IMG/VR virus record: IMGVR_UViG_3300045988_027069
From: a virus
Direction: 5' to 3' (one strand)
DNA length: 42,495 bases
The stretch's first letter is position 1; every line of letters starts with the position of its first letter. Both the position numbers and the translations under genes were made by a program. Under the pieces are notes generated by a model that worked only from the letters and a program-made list of their open reading frames with translations, made no database searches and was not told the DNA's origin. Below, one piece after another: positions 33,290 to 41,047 of the stretch.

Positions 33290-33418
33290 GCTCTTCGCCC
33301 CCTTCCTTTTTCGGAGACTCTGCCAGGCGCGGAGGTTCCCAACTCCGCGCCCAGTAGGAAGGAAAGAACATGGCTCGTACCGCCTCGGGCCTTCGCCCGG
33401 CACAGCCTCCGAAATATG

Positions 33419-33455
33419 CAAAAAAATCCGGACCCCCGCTTTCGCGGAGATCCGG
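33419..33455 (-). terminator. Rho-independent terminator separating the early/middle genes from the packaging operon
   Basis: Minus strand: CCGGAtcTCCGC-gaaa-GCGGGggTCCGG followed by ATTTTTTTGC. Confidence 0.8.
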
Positions 33456-33521
33456 CTTTCGCTCGTCCATATTGCCCTTCGGATGCACAAGCAGCCGACG
33501 ACCTCCGCAGCAGCGGACAGA

Positions 33522-33773
33522 TCATCGGCTCAGGCTCATAGGCTCAGGCTCAGTATTCACGATCGAGGTTTTCCTACAATTTTTGCAGTACAGTGGGAAG
33601 TCCCGGAGCCGCGTGGACTCCAGCAATCGGATCGGCGTCCGTCTGCCGCATATCGGGCAGACGACGCGATCTCCTTCCCTCACTAGCACCTTACCACACT
33701 TTTGTTCGCATTGCAAGTACTTTTTTCGCCTCCCCTCGGCATCGTCGCAAAACCCTACACATTTACAAGGCAA
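33522..33773 (-). CDS. Cysteine-rich KTR-type zinc-ribbon protein
   Basis: VVCPICGRRTPIRLLESTRLRDFPLYCKNCRKTSIV matches the cysteine-rich KTR pattern. There is an extra Cys-rich N-terminal extension. The start is uncertain (TTG 33773). Confidence 0.6.
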   Translation of the reverse strand: MPCKCVGFCDDAEGRRKKYLQCEQKCGKVLVREGDRVVCPICGRRTPIRLLESTRLRDFPLYCKNCRKTSIVNTEPEPMSLSR

Positions 33774-33796
33774 GATTTAAGCGGCTCCCGTCCGCT

Positions 33797-34543
33797 TCAA
33801 TTTTTCATCCTTTGGGGATCGAATACATATTTATAGTATTGGTATCCGTACTGTGTGGCTCTGGCCTCAACAAGTACATAGCCGCGCGGGGCGACCGGCG
33901 GATGCTCCGGGCTGTACTCCCGGACGGCCTCGGTGGCAGGCTCCGGCTCCGGCTTTGTGCAGGTGCGGCTTGCCTTGTATCTGTGGCCTCCGAACTCCTT
34001 CCGCCAGTGGCCGTGCAGGTAGTTCGCCAGCGCGGTGTAGTCCTGCCCGTGATCTATCTTTTCTCCATTCTGGTTTACATAATAGTTGTGCTTGCGAAGG
34101 TGCTTGCTCTCGACCACGCTTCCGAGGCCCCACAGCTTCGCAATGGCGTCCTCCGGGATGCCGTCGGAGATCATGTGGATGTGGAAGCGGTTCGTAGATT
34201 TTCCGCGCCCGTATACCATCACGATCTTTGCCTCCGGGTATCGGTATGTAAGTCTGCGCCAGAATCTATCACGGATACACTTGATCTCTCCCACGGTATG
34301 CACCTCAAACTCCGCGCTGAGCGTAAGCGTGGAGTAGAGGCTGGTCGGGCCGAAATTTGCGTTGATAAGCGCCGCGAACTTGCCCTCTGAAATTTTGGAG
34401 TTGAATTCGTCGCGCTCTGCCTGTGTGGCGAAGCGCGGCTTTCTCGGCTTGCTGCTCTTGATATCCGCCTGCTCGCTCACGTTGTATACGATCTGGGTGC
34501 ATACCGCCCCGGCGAAAAGCCGCCGCTTGTGCCTCTTTGTCAT
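33797..34543 (-). CDS. HUH-type Rep-like (rolling-circle initiator) endonuclease candidate (248 aa)
   Basis: Ordered motifs YSTLTL (motif 1), NRFHIHMI (HUH) and DYTALANYLHGHWRKE (Tyr motif). Confidence 0.5.
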   Translation of the reverse strand: MTKRHKRRLFAGAVCTQIVYNVSEQADIKSSKPRKPRFATQAERDEFNSKISEGKFAALINANFGPTSLYSTLTLSAEFEVHTVGEIKCIRDRFWRRLTYRYPEAKIVMVYGRGKSTNRFHIHMISDGIPEDAIAKLWGLGSVVESKHLRKHNYYVNQNGEKIDHGQDYTALANYLHGHWRKEFGGHRYKASRTCTKPEPEPATEAVREYSPEHPPVAPRGYVLVEARATQYGYQYYKYVFDPQRMKN

Positions 34544-34561
34544 AATTTCTCCCGCCCTGCC

Positions 34562-35383
34562 TTATTTTCCGAGGCTTGCGACAATTTGCCGTTCGCGCTC
34601 TGATAACTCCCATATATGTGCTGCGGCCTTCTCTGCTGCGGCCTTCTCTGCTGCTGCCTTCTCTGCTGCGGCCTTCTCTGCTGCGGCTTTCTCGGATAGC
34701 AGTAGGCCTCCGCCGAAAATCGCTTTCCCCATCTGGCACTGGCTGTCCAGCTTTGCAATCTGTGTGCAGTCCTTGCGCTTAACCGCAAGCTCTATACCGT
34801 AGTGCGCATATTTCTGCAGCATGGCTGCCGTAAGCACATGATCTGGGTATGTATATTTCGGCAACTCCCGTTTCGTCTCCGACTTTATCTTCCGCATCGC
34901 CCGCTCGATTGCCTTTCTCAGTTCTGGTGCAGTTTGCGCGACGTTCCCGCCATAGCTTGTAATAAATGCTGTGCGAACGACTGCGCCATTCTCGTATGTG
35001 ATATCTGCATCGCAAATGATATGATTCGTCCGCATCACAACTGATCGGCCGGAGAACGCCGTGAGCGACGGCGCAAAGAGAAAAAATGAGATCCCTCTAT
35101 CCAGATAAAATTCGCAGATTTTTGATAAGATCGAAAACGGCGGGTTATCCAGCACTGTGCATCCGTCCGGATATTCAAAGCGTTCATAGTCCCCACCCGG
35201 GTAGAACGGCCGCACGATGCAGGCAGGATCGATTCCATACTCACTGCACGCCCAATCCAGGATTGCATCATAAACGAGCGGTGGCGTGTAGCAGTCATCC
35301 GTTGTCTTTTTGGGTTTGAATTTCTCCGTGAACGCATCGTATTCCGGGTTGTCGCCGAATAAGCATCCTTGTTCCCATTGCAT
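34562..35383 (-). CDS. Putative DNA methyltransferase (NPPF motif IV, amino-MTase type) with a (EKAAA)x5 helical repeat
   Basis: DDCYTPP and TVLDNPPFS motifs. SD AAGGAGGG before ATG 35383. C-terminal LSEKAAAEKAAAEKAAAEKAAAEKAAAH. Confidence 0.55.
   Translation of the reverse strand: MQWEQGCLFGDNPEYDAFTEKFKPKKTTDDCYTPPLVYDAILDWACSEYGIDPACIVRPFYPGGDYERFEYPDGCTVLDNPPFSILSKICEFYLDRGISFFLFAPSLTAFSGRSVVMRTNHIICDADITYENGAVVRTAFITSYGGNVAQTAPELRKAIERAMRKIKSETKRELPKYTYPDHVLTAAMLQKYAHYGIELAVKRKDCTQIAKLDSQCQMGKAIFGGGLLLSEKAAAEKAAAEKAAAEKAAAEKAAAHIWELSERERQIVASLGK
34621..34695 (-). repeat. 15-bp tandem repeat x5 encoding EKAAA
   Basis: ctgcggccttctctg units are read directly, with two variant copies. 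Confidence 0.9.
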
Positions 35384-35447
35384 ACCGAAGCCCTCCTTTG
35401 TGTTTCTCTGCCCGTTCAAAACGTGGCCGGATCTTCCGGCCATGCGT

Positions 35448-35678
35448 TCAGCGTACAGCGCCGCTGTCGCTTACTTTAATTCCTGCTTCTTCCAGTAAAT
35501 CGTCGATATCCATCCATTGGCTATCCCCGATGTATTCTCCGTCGGCATCGTAAAATTGGTACTCGGTGTAAGGCTTTGCATTTATTCCCGTGTACTCTTT
35601 CAGCAGCTCTCTGTATCTGTTCCCATACTGCTCTTCTAAAATTTCGTCGCGCTGCTCACTTGTAATGTATTTATCCAT
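35448..35678 (-). CDS. Hypothetical acidic protein (76 aa)
   Basis: SD GGAGGTGA. The ATG overlaps the upstream stop (TGATG). Confidence 0.6.
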   Translation of the reverse strand: MDKYITSEQRDEILEEQYGNRYRELLKEYTGINAKPYTEYQFYDADGEYIGDSQWMDIDDLLEEAGIKVSDSGAVR

Positions 35679-36034
35679 CACGTCACCTCCACGGCCTCAT
35701 CCAGCCGCACATTGATCTTCTTCCCGCCGGACTCGATCACATATCCTCCATGCCCGCCGTACCTTGCCTCGAATTTCAGCGCATCGTACACCGCGCCCAC
35801 CTTGGGCTGCAGCTTCGGGAATACCGGTATCCTTGTCGTGATCCGGATGCGCGTCTGCGTTGGGTGAATTTTCTTTTTGAAAATCCCTTCACCTTCTCGT
35901 TCGCAATTTTCCGCCGCCGTTACCGCCGAGCAACGTTTGCTGCAATAAAACTTTTCCGCATTCTTCATCCTGTACGGCGCGCGCTGGAATACCTTCCCGC
36001 ATCGCGCGCACTGCATCGTTACCATCGTTGGCAT
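35678..36034 (-). CDS. Zinc-ribbon hypothetical protein (118 aa)
   Basis: SD AAAGGAGTGG before ATG 36034. CARCGK...x17...CSKRC. Confidence 0.6.
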   Translation of the reverse strand: MPTMVTMQCARCGKVFQRAPYRMKNAEKFYCSKRCSAVTAAENCEREGEGIFKKKIHPTQTRIRITTRIPVFPKLQPKVGAVYDALKFEARYGGHGGYVIESGGKKINVRLDEAVEVT

Positions 36035-36154
36035 ACTGTCCACTCCTTTTTTACCCGGACGCGGCCTTTGCAGCTGCCGCGCCCGGCGCCTTAAGCCGGG
36101 TCTCCCTCCTGCGCACCTCATGGCACAGTGCGCAGGCATAAGTCCATCGAAAAA

Positions 36155-36514
36155 TCAGTTCTCCCGGCTGTTTGCCGCTTCTATCTCCTTGCGTTCCTGC
36201 ATAAAGCCGTGCAGAAACAGCTCCAGCAGATTCGCCGCGCCGTTTACCATCTTGGTAAGATCCTTTTTGCTGATCTGGAGCTTGCCGGTCGTCACGACCT
36301 GCAAGTCCGGCCTGCCGATGATCTGTACCGTCGGATTCGGCTCGATCGTCCGTTTTCCATCCTCCTCGATCTTATAGAGAGGCGGCGTTTCCTGCTTCAT
36401 CACGATCCTCGGGGGATACTCCGTCCCAACGAAATCCACAGCCCAATGCTTGCCGTTGTACTCATTTCCAAACGAAACCAGCTCTACTGCAAAATATTGC
36501 ATGATCTCAGCCAT
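36155..36514 (-). CDS. Hypothetical protein (119 aa)
   Basis: SD AAGGAG lies 7 nt before the ATG. Confidence 0.6.
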   Translation of the reverse strand: MAEIMQYFAVELVSFGNEYNGKHWAVDFVGTEYPPRIVMKQETPPLYKIEEDGKRTIEPNPTVQIIGRPDLQVVTTGKLQISKKDLTKMVNGAANLLELFLHGFMQERKEIEAANSREN

Positions 36515-36701
36515 CTGTTTGCTCCTTTCCTACGTGCTTCCTCCGCACGCCGTTTTCATCCTCCGTGAGCGGCAGCGCCTTTCTGCGCGTCTGCTCCTCC
36601 AGCTGCCATCCGCAGTGTGCGCAGGTCTCGTCGCCCGCGTACTCCATCATGCAGCACCGCGCCGACTTCGGCAGCAGGCAGCGCTTTTCATCCTCTGCCA
36701 T
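36507..36701 (-). CDS. Small Cys-containing hypothetical protein (64 aa)
   Basis: SD AGGAGGTG lies 5 nt before the ATG. Confidence 0.55.
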   Translation of the reverse strand: MAEDEKRCLLPKSARCCMMEYAGDETCAHCGWQLEEQTRRKALPLTEDENGVRRKHVGKEQTDG

Positions 36702-36703
36702 CC

Positions 36704-37135
36704 CTACACCTCCTGTATGTCGATCCCGTACTTGGATCGCATCATTTTCTTGTTGCGCAGGTACTCCTTTGTGCGCGTGGCCGTTGATTTCACGTCCTCC
36801 ACCACCAGCTTCCCTCCGAAGCGATAGGAGAAATCCGCCGTGTAGCGGATCGCGCGGATGCGCTGTCCGACCTCGGTTATGTAGCTCTCCTGCAGCGTAA
36901 ACTGCGGCTGGAGCCGAAGATCTGTAATGATCTCCGCGCGGAGCATCGCCATCAGCTCGTCGTACCGCCGCGCCTCTTTCTGGCTATCGAATTTGATTCC
37001 CGCCCGCTCTGCCGGAGCATTTCGGTACTTCGCGGTGCGCTTCTTTGCCTGCTCCTCCTGGAGCGCCTGCCGCGAGTAAAGCTCCCGCATTCTCGGCGGC
37101 ATGTCCGCCATCGATTCAAATCTCAGCCCGCTCAT
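36704..37135 (-). CDS. DUF1064-like protein (putative nuclease/resolvase fold)
   Basis: IKFDSQKEARRYDEL...RYTADFSY...VVEDVKSTATRTKEYLRNKKMM matches the DUF1064 pattern. SD GGAGGAAAGA. Confidence 0.65.
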   Translation of the reverse strand: MSGLRFESMADMPPRMRELYSRQALQEEQAKKRTAKYRNAPAERAGIKFDSQKEARRYDELMAMLRAEIITDLRLQPQFTLQESYITEVGQRIRAIRYTADFSYRFGGKLVVEDVKSTATRTKEYLRNKKMMRSKYGIDIQEV

Positions 37136-37686
37136 TCTTTCCTCCATCCATCTTTGCACCGCAGCTCGGGCAATGCATTGTACCTCCTTTTTCGTAACCC
37201 GTAACTGCAAAAATCGTCTACATCCCTCACCGGCGTAAAAGTGTTCTCGTTCGCGTATTTAAAAATCGAATTTGAGCAATTACAATAAACGCCAGTCTCT
37301 CCATCATTCCTTTCATACAATTCTCCGTGTTTACAGTCCTTGCAGCGCACTACCGATACCACATCAACGGTTGGTGCATCTTCAATTTCAAATTCTTCCG
37401 ATAGCCACTTGAATACATTCGCAAGGCAAAACGAGCCGAACCCAACGTGATATTTTTTATCTGTCGGATCAAAATACAAAATGTTGTAATACGGTTTTTC
37501 AGCCGATCCACAAACAAAGATTTTGGCAAAGTTGGTCTTTACCTTACTGAAACTCACTTCGCAGCCTCCATTTCCTGCAGCGCCCGCTTGGCCTTCTCGC
37601 GGGTCAAAAATACGGTTTCCCTTAAAACAGCGCGGATAATAGGCGTGTTTATGCGATGATTCGTTCCATTTAGTCAGTCTTTCCAT
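37132..37686 (-). CDS. Hypothetical protein (184 aa), AT-rich, Cys-rich C-terminus
   Basis: MERLTKW... start with an upstream GAAGGAAAGGA. ATGA overlap with the next gene. Confidence 0.6.
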   Translation of the reverse strand: MERLTKWNESSHKHAYYPRCFKGNRIFDPREGQAGAAGNGGCEVSFSKVKTNFAKIFVCGSAEKPYYNILYFDPTDKKYHVGFGSFCLANVFKWLSEEFEIEDAPTVDVVSVVRCKDCKHGELYERNDGETGVYCNCSNSIFKYANENTFTPVRDVDDFCSYGLRKRRYNALPELRCKDGWRKE

Positions 37687-37691
37687 TCTGT

Positions 37692-38159
37692 CTACATCCT
37701 TTCCTTCAGAATCGTAATGTGGAGTTGGCGTCCAAGCCATTTCAACCCATTTTCCGTGAGCGTGTACCATGTGCTGACTATTCCTACTTTTTTCTGGACA
37801 ACGTCACGCGGCAGTTTGTCTAAAACTCGATTCCCGGAAAGTGTGTCTTCATAGTAATTCCTGTATGGACGGTAAAACGCCTTTCCATGCCGGTGATACG
37901 GTCGCTTATGGTCAAGCCCGACCATGTGCTTGCAGATTTCAAGCAATCTTGCGTATTCTTCCACCGTAAAGTTCATCTCGATGCCCATATCCAACCCCAT
38001 AACGCCAATCGCGCCCGTGTGTTCTCTGTCTCGTTTTTCCACCCAACTCCGAGGATGCTTGCAGCCGAGCCGACCGTCGCTTGTTTCATAACCGTATTTA
38101 CCCTCACTTTCTGGGCAGACATCTTCCGGATCAGAAAGTGGGCAACATTCGCAAATCAT
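37692..38159 (-). CDS. Hypothetical protein (155 aa)
   Basis: SD GGAAGGAGA lies 7 nt before the ATG. Confidence 0.6.
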   Translation of the reverse strand: MICECCPLSDPEDVCPESEGKYGYETSDGRLGCKHPRSWVEKRDREHTGAIGVMGLDMGIEMNFTVEEYARLLEICKHMVGLDHKRPYHRHGKAFYRPYRNYYEDTLSGNRVLDKLPRDVVQKKVGIVSTWYTLTENGLKWLGRQLHITILKERM

Positions 38160-38621
38160 TCAGATTTCTCCTTCCTCCGGCGTTTCCGGCAAGCCGCGCC
38201 ATTCCCACGCATTCTTGTCGAGATGACACTCACTGCATTTGCACGTCTTTGATTTACAGTTGGAGCAGTCGCGCGTATCGCACGCATACTTGCAAGTCTT
38301 GCAGCTCCGCGCATCCGCGAGGTCTGCTAACGCCGCGTCCCTCTCGGCTTCTGCCTCCGCCTGCTTCCGCTGAGCAAGAGCAATCACCATATCCTTCCAC
38401 TCAATTTCTTTGCGAAGGGATTCAAGCGCACTTGCTTGTCCATCCGGAAGCACCACGTTCTCGGCGGTCAGGCGCTCGATCACGTTAGCAGCCGCAAACT
38501 CGATGTATTCCCGCCGATCTTGGATTTCTCCGACCTTGCAGTTTTCGCACGCGTCGTCGTGTCCAAGCCCCTTCGCGCAGCACCGCAGCGCCTGCACGAT
38601 TTCCTTTTCCTTGTCTGTCAT
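38160..38621 (-). CDS. Cys-rich coiled-coil hypothetical protein (153 aa)
   Basis: SD GGATGGAGGA before ATG 38621. C-terminal CKTCKYACDTRDCSNCKSKTCKCSEC. Confidence 0.6.
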   Translation of the reverse strand: MTDKEKEIVQALRCCAKGLGHDDACENCKVGEIQDRREYIEFAAANVIERLTAENVVLPDGQASALESLRKEIEWKDMVIALAQRKQAEAEAERDAALADLADARSCKTCKYACDTRDCSNCKSKTCKCSECHLDKNAWEWRGLPETPEEGEI

Positions 38622-38669
38622 ATATCCTCCATCCCGCGGCCACCTTGAGCCGCTCAATCGCGGTTTGTT

Positions 38670-39653
38670 CTAAGTCCATCGGTTCAGCTCCTCCATCAAT
38701 GCCTTAAAAATCGGGTATGCCTGCTGCGGCACTACGGCGTTTCCGAGGCATTTAAGTCTGTCCACCCTGGCGGGAATCCCATGAGCCACTCTACCCACGT
38801 CGGGTTCAGCTGCCCAGCAACGTCCGTCCGCAAGCTCCTGTGATTTCCCCCACCGTGCGTCCCCTGCGCATCCGCTGCACATGGTGTCGTAAACAGCTTC
38901 ATTGCCACTCTCTGCGTCAGATTGCATTTGCCCGGATCTTTCTGCCGGCTTGGCGGCACAGATTTCAGCGTGTCTTTGTATTCGTTCGCACGCGGCGGCG
39001 GCCACAGCCCTTTCGTCCGGGCTAACACGTGCTCCCGCAGATTGCTCACCCCCCCATGTACGCCCTGATTGCTCGTAAATGTCGTTTTCCCGGCTGCGAG
39101 CAGGTTGACCTTCTTTTCTGTTGCTATCGTGCAGCCAGCCACCGTCGGTGTCGGCCACATCTGCGATGCCGACGAAGAACACCCTCGATCTTCTGTGCCA
39201 AGCTCCGACAGCCGCAGCCTCAAAATTAAACACGACGACGTGATAGCCAGCACGCTCCAGATCCTTGACCACCTGCCCGGCGGCAATCTTGATGATTCCA
39301 GGAACGTTCTCGCCGACAACGCAACGCGGGCGCAGCTCGGTGATAACTCGGAGCATCTCCGGCCAGAGGTATCGATCATCCCTTTTGCCCTTTTGCTTTC
39401 CAGCCACGGAGAAGGGCTGGCAGGGGAATCCGCCGGAAATAACGTCAACTGTTCGCATGCCTGTCCGCTCATAAAAACTCTCCTTTGTCAGCGTCCGGAC
39501 GTCGCGCCAGCGCGGCACGTCCGGCCAGTGCTTTTCCAGCACTTTCGTCGGGTAATCGGCAAACTCGCATTGCCCGACGGTCGTAAATCCTGCCCACTCG
39601 GCAGCTAGATCCAGCCCGCCGATCCCGGTAAACAGGCTCAGATGCGTCAGCAT
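38670..39653 (-). CDS. DNA (cytosine-5) methyltransferase, uninterrupted frame-A ORF of 327 aa with an anomalous central segment
   Basis: Motif I FTGIGG, motif [11 protein letters not shown], motif VI GENV, motif [14 protein letters not shown], motif [10 protein letters not shown]. The segment between VIII and X is low-complexity and uses atypical codons (see findings). Confidence 0.8.
   Translation of the reverse strand: MLTHLSLFTGIGGLDLAAEWAGFTTVGQCEFADYPTKVLEKHWPDVPRWRDVRTLTKESFYERTGMRTVDVISGGFPCQPFSVAGKQKGKRDDRYLWPEMLRVITELRPRCVVGENVPGIIKIAAGQVVKDLERAGYHVVVFNFEAAAVGAWHRRSRVFFVGIADVADTDGGWLHDSNRKEGQPARSRENDIYEQSGRTWGGEQSAGARVSPDERAVAAAACERIQRHAEICAAKPAERSGQMQSDAESGNEAVYDTMCSGCAGDARWGKSQELADGRCWAAEPDVGRVAHGIPARVDRLKCLGNAVVPQQAYPIFKALMEELNRWT
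38732..39472 (-). CDS. Alternative-frame ORF (246 aa) nested in the C5-MTase gene; its 3' 135 codons carry MTase TRD/motif-IX-like sequence
   Basis: SD AAAGGAG lies 7 nt before ATG 39472. MWPTPTVAG..., LWPPPRANE..., [12 protein letters not shown]... and [19 protein letters not shown] are all in this frame. Confidence 0.35.
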   Translation of the reverse strand: MSGQACEQLTLFPADSPASPSPWLESKRAKGMIDTSGRRCSELSPSCARVALSARTFLESSRLPPGRWSRIWSVLAITSSCLILRLRLSELGTEDRGCSSSASQMWPTPTVAGCTIATEKKVNLLAAGKTTFTSNQGVHGGVSNLREHVLARTKGLWPPPRANEYKDTLKSVPPSRQKDPGKCNLTQRVAMKLFTTPCAADAQGTHGGGNHRSLRTDVAGQLNPTWVEWLMGFPPGWTDLNASETP

Positions 39654-39771
39654 CGTGCCTCATCCCTCCCCGTCGTCAGCGCGAATGATCTCCGTCGCCT
39701 CTTGCAAATATGGATTTTCATGGTATACTCTCCTTGTACTTAACTTGTTACGGGGAAGTGTAGACCTCTCC

Positions 39772-39808
39772 GCCCTCGTCCGGCTGCAACCGGTCGAGGG
39801 CATTTTTT
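39772..39808 (+). terminator. Terminator-shaped hairpin oriented for the + strand, antisense to the operon
   Basis: GCCCTCG-tccggctgcaaccggt-CGAGGGC followed by ATTTTTT on the + strand. There is no U-run on the - strand. Confidence 0.4.
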
Positions 39809-40064
39809 ATCCGATCAGGAACTCCGGCTTATGGTGGAGCTTCATCGCCTTGGCGTTCTGGTGGTACTCCGGCGCGCTCCACTTATAGCCCCAGTATTTG
39901 GCCGCCGTAAAGATCGCGGCCAGCTCGTCTCCCGCGCGTACCGTGACGCTCTGATCCCGGTACACGACTGTGTAGTAGTTCTTCCCGGTATACCCGGCCT
40001 GTGCGATCACGTTCGGCCTGCGCGGTGCCCGCTCTCCCGGGTAATCGACGCTATTTTGCCGCAT
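39807..40064 (-). CDS. Hypothetical protein (85 aa)
   Basis: SD GGAAGGGG lies 7 nt before the ATG. Confidence 0.6.
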   Translation of the reverse strand: MRQNSVDYPGERAPRRPNVIAQAGYTGKNYYTVVYRDQSVTVRAGDELAAIFTAAKYWGYKWSAPEYHQNAKAMKLHHKPEFLIG

Positions 40065-40290
40065 ACAAATGCCCCTTCCTTACTTTCCTCCCGGCGTGCG
40101 CGATCTCCCGCTGCGCCACGAAATTCAGCTCCTGCGCGTGCTTCTCTGCGAGCTGCTTTTGATAGATGTGCTCCCGGATGGACTGATACGGCATCCACGA
40201 GCAGCACATCGCACTGCATCCCGGCGCACGTCCCGGACAGTCTCTCCCGCAGGGAGGCGGGATCGGCTTTGTTTTCGGTGCGTACCGCAT
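40051..40290 (-). CDS. Cys-rich hypothetical protein (79 aa)
   Basis: The ATG overlaps the upstream stop (TAATG). Contains PPCGRDCPGRAPGCSAMCC. Confidence 0.55.
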   Translation of the reverse strand: MRYAPKTKPIPPPCGRDCPGRAPGCSAMCCSWMPYQSIREHIYQKQLAEKHAQELNFVAQREIAHAGRKVRKGHLYAAK

Positions 40291-40523
40291 TATTCGTCCA
40301 CGGCCTCCTCCCACAAATGCTGCATCCACGCCGCCAGCGTCAGCAGCCGCTTGCGCGTCTCCAGCAGCTCCCCGACGGTCTCCCGGTCGATGCGCGGCTG
40401 ACTGCTCAGTATCTCCGCGTCCTCCTGATCCTGTTCAGCGGCCCGTGTGGCCGCATCGATCAGGTCTGCCAGCTGCTCCGGCGTCAGCTCCACTGGAATT
40501 TTCCCGTCGTCCTCACAGCTCAT
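40290..40523 (-). CDS. Acidic hypothetical protein (77 aa)
   Basis: SD GGGGAG lies 8 nt before ATG 40523. The track ORF's upstream extension overlaps the preceding gene. Confidence 0.55.
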   Translation of the reverse strand: MSCEDDGKIPVELTPEQLADLIDAATRAAEQDQEDAEILSSQPRIDRETVGELLETRKRLLTLAAWMQHLWEEAVDE

Positions 40524-40779
40524 ACAGCACACTCCCCAATGCAGCGCTGATCGCCGCCGCGCCTCCGAAGGCCAGCGCCGCACCGGCCAGCTCCAAGGCC
40601 AGCAGCACCAGCGCCATGCCGGACAAAAACGCCCCTGCAAGCCAGCAGACGGAGAGCGCCGTCCGGCGCACCCGCTCTCTCTTTTCCCGCAGGCCATCCC
40701 TCTCGGCTCTGCGTGCTTCCCATTCTCGCTCCCGCGCTCTCTGGTGATTGATCCCCGTGATAAACTCCACGTCGCTCAT
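40513..40779 (-). CDS. Small membrane protein (88 aa): charged N-terminus plus two Ala/Gly/Leu-rich TM helices
   Basis: SD GAGGGAGGAAAG. Hydrophobic tail LSVCWLAGAFLSGMALVLLALELAGAALAFGGAAAISAALG. Confidence 0.6.
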   Translation of the reverse strand: MSDVEFITGINHQRAREREWEARRAERDGLREKRERVRRTALSVCWLAGAFLSGMALVLLALELAGAALAFGGAAAISAALGSVLYEL

Positions 40780-40792
40780 GTTCTTTCCTCCC

Positions 40793-41032
40793 TCAGTATG
40801 GATAACAGATCGTCTCCCGCACCCTTTCGATCGGCACGGACAGCTTCCGCATCAGCGGCAGCACCTTGTCAAAGTACGCGGTCGGCTGCTCGAAAACGCG
40901 GTAGAGCGTCTTTTCGCTGCATCCTGCGTACCGGCTCGCCACTTCGATGGTGACGCCCTGCGCGGCCATTTCCCCCCGGATCATCGCCCGCAGGCGGTAA
41001 TCCGTCGTCCGCTCGACTCGCATCTTCGGCAT
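40793..41032 (-). CDS. Small putative DNA-binding protein (79 aa; HTH-like, possible regulator or excisionase)
   Basis: SD AAGGGAGG. VTIEVASRYAGCSEKTLYRVF has helix-turn-helix character. Confidence 0.5.
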   Translation of the reverse strand: MPKMRVERTTDYRLRAMIRGEMAAQGVTIEVASRYAGCSEKTLYRVFEQPTAYFDKVLPLMRKLSVPIERVRETICYPY

Positions 41033-41047
41033 ATGCTCACGCCTCCC

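Noticed and set aside
33290-33490. N-terminal 67 codons of track ORF 32780..33490 as part of TerS
   Set aside because: This extension runs through a strong rho-independent terminator and hairpins, has no SD, and precedes the conserved TerS N-terminal block.
39655-39888. The + strand ORF of 77 aa spanning the intergenic gap upstream of the MTase
   Set aside because: It has no SD, a hydrophobic junk-like sequence, and overlaps the 3' end of a supported minus-strand gene.
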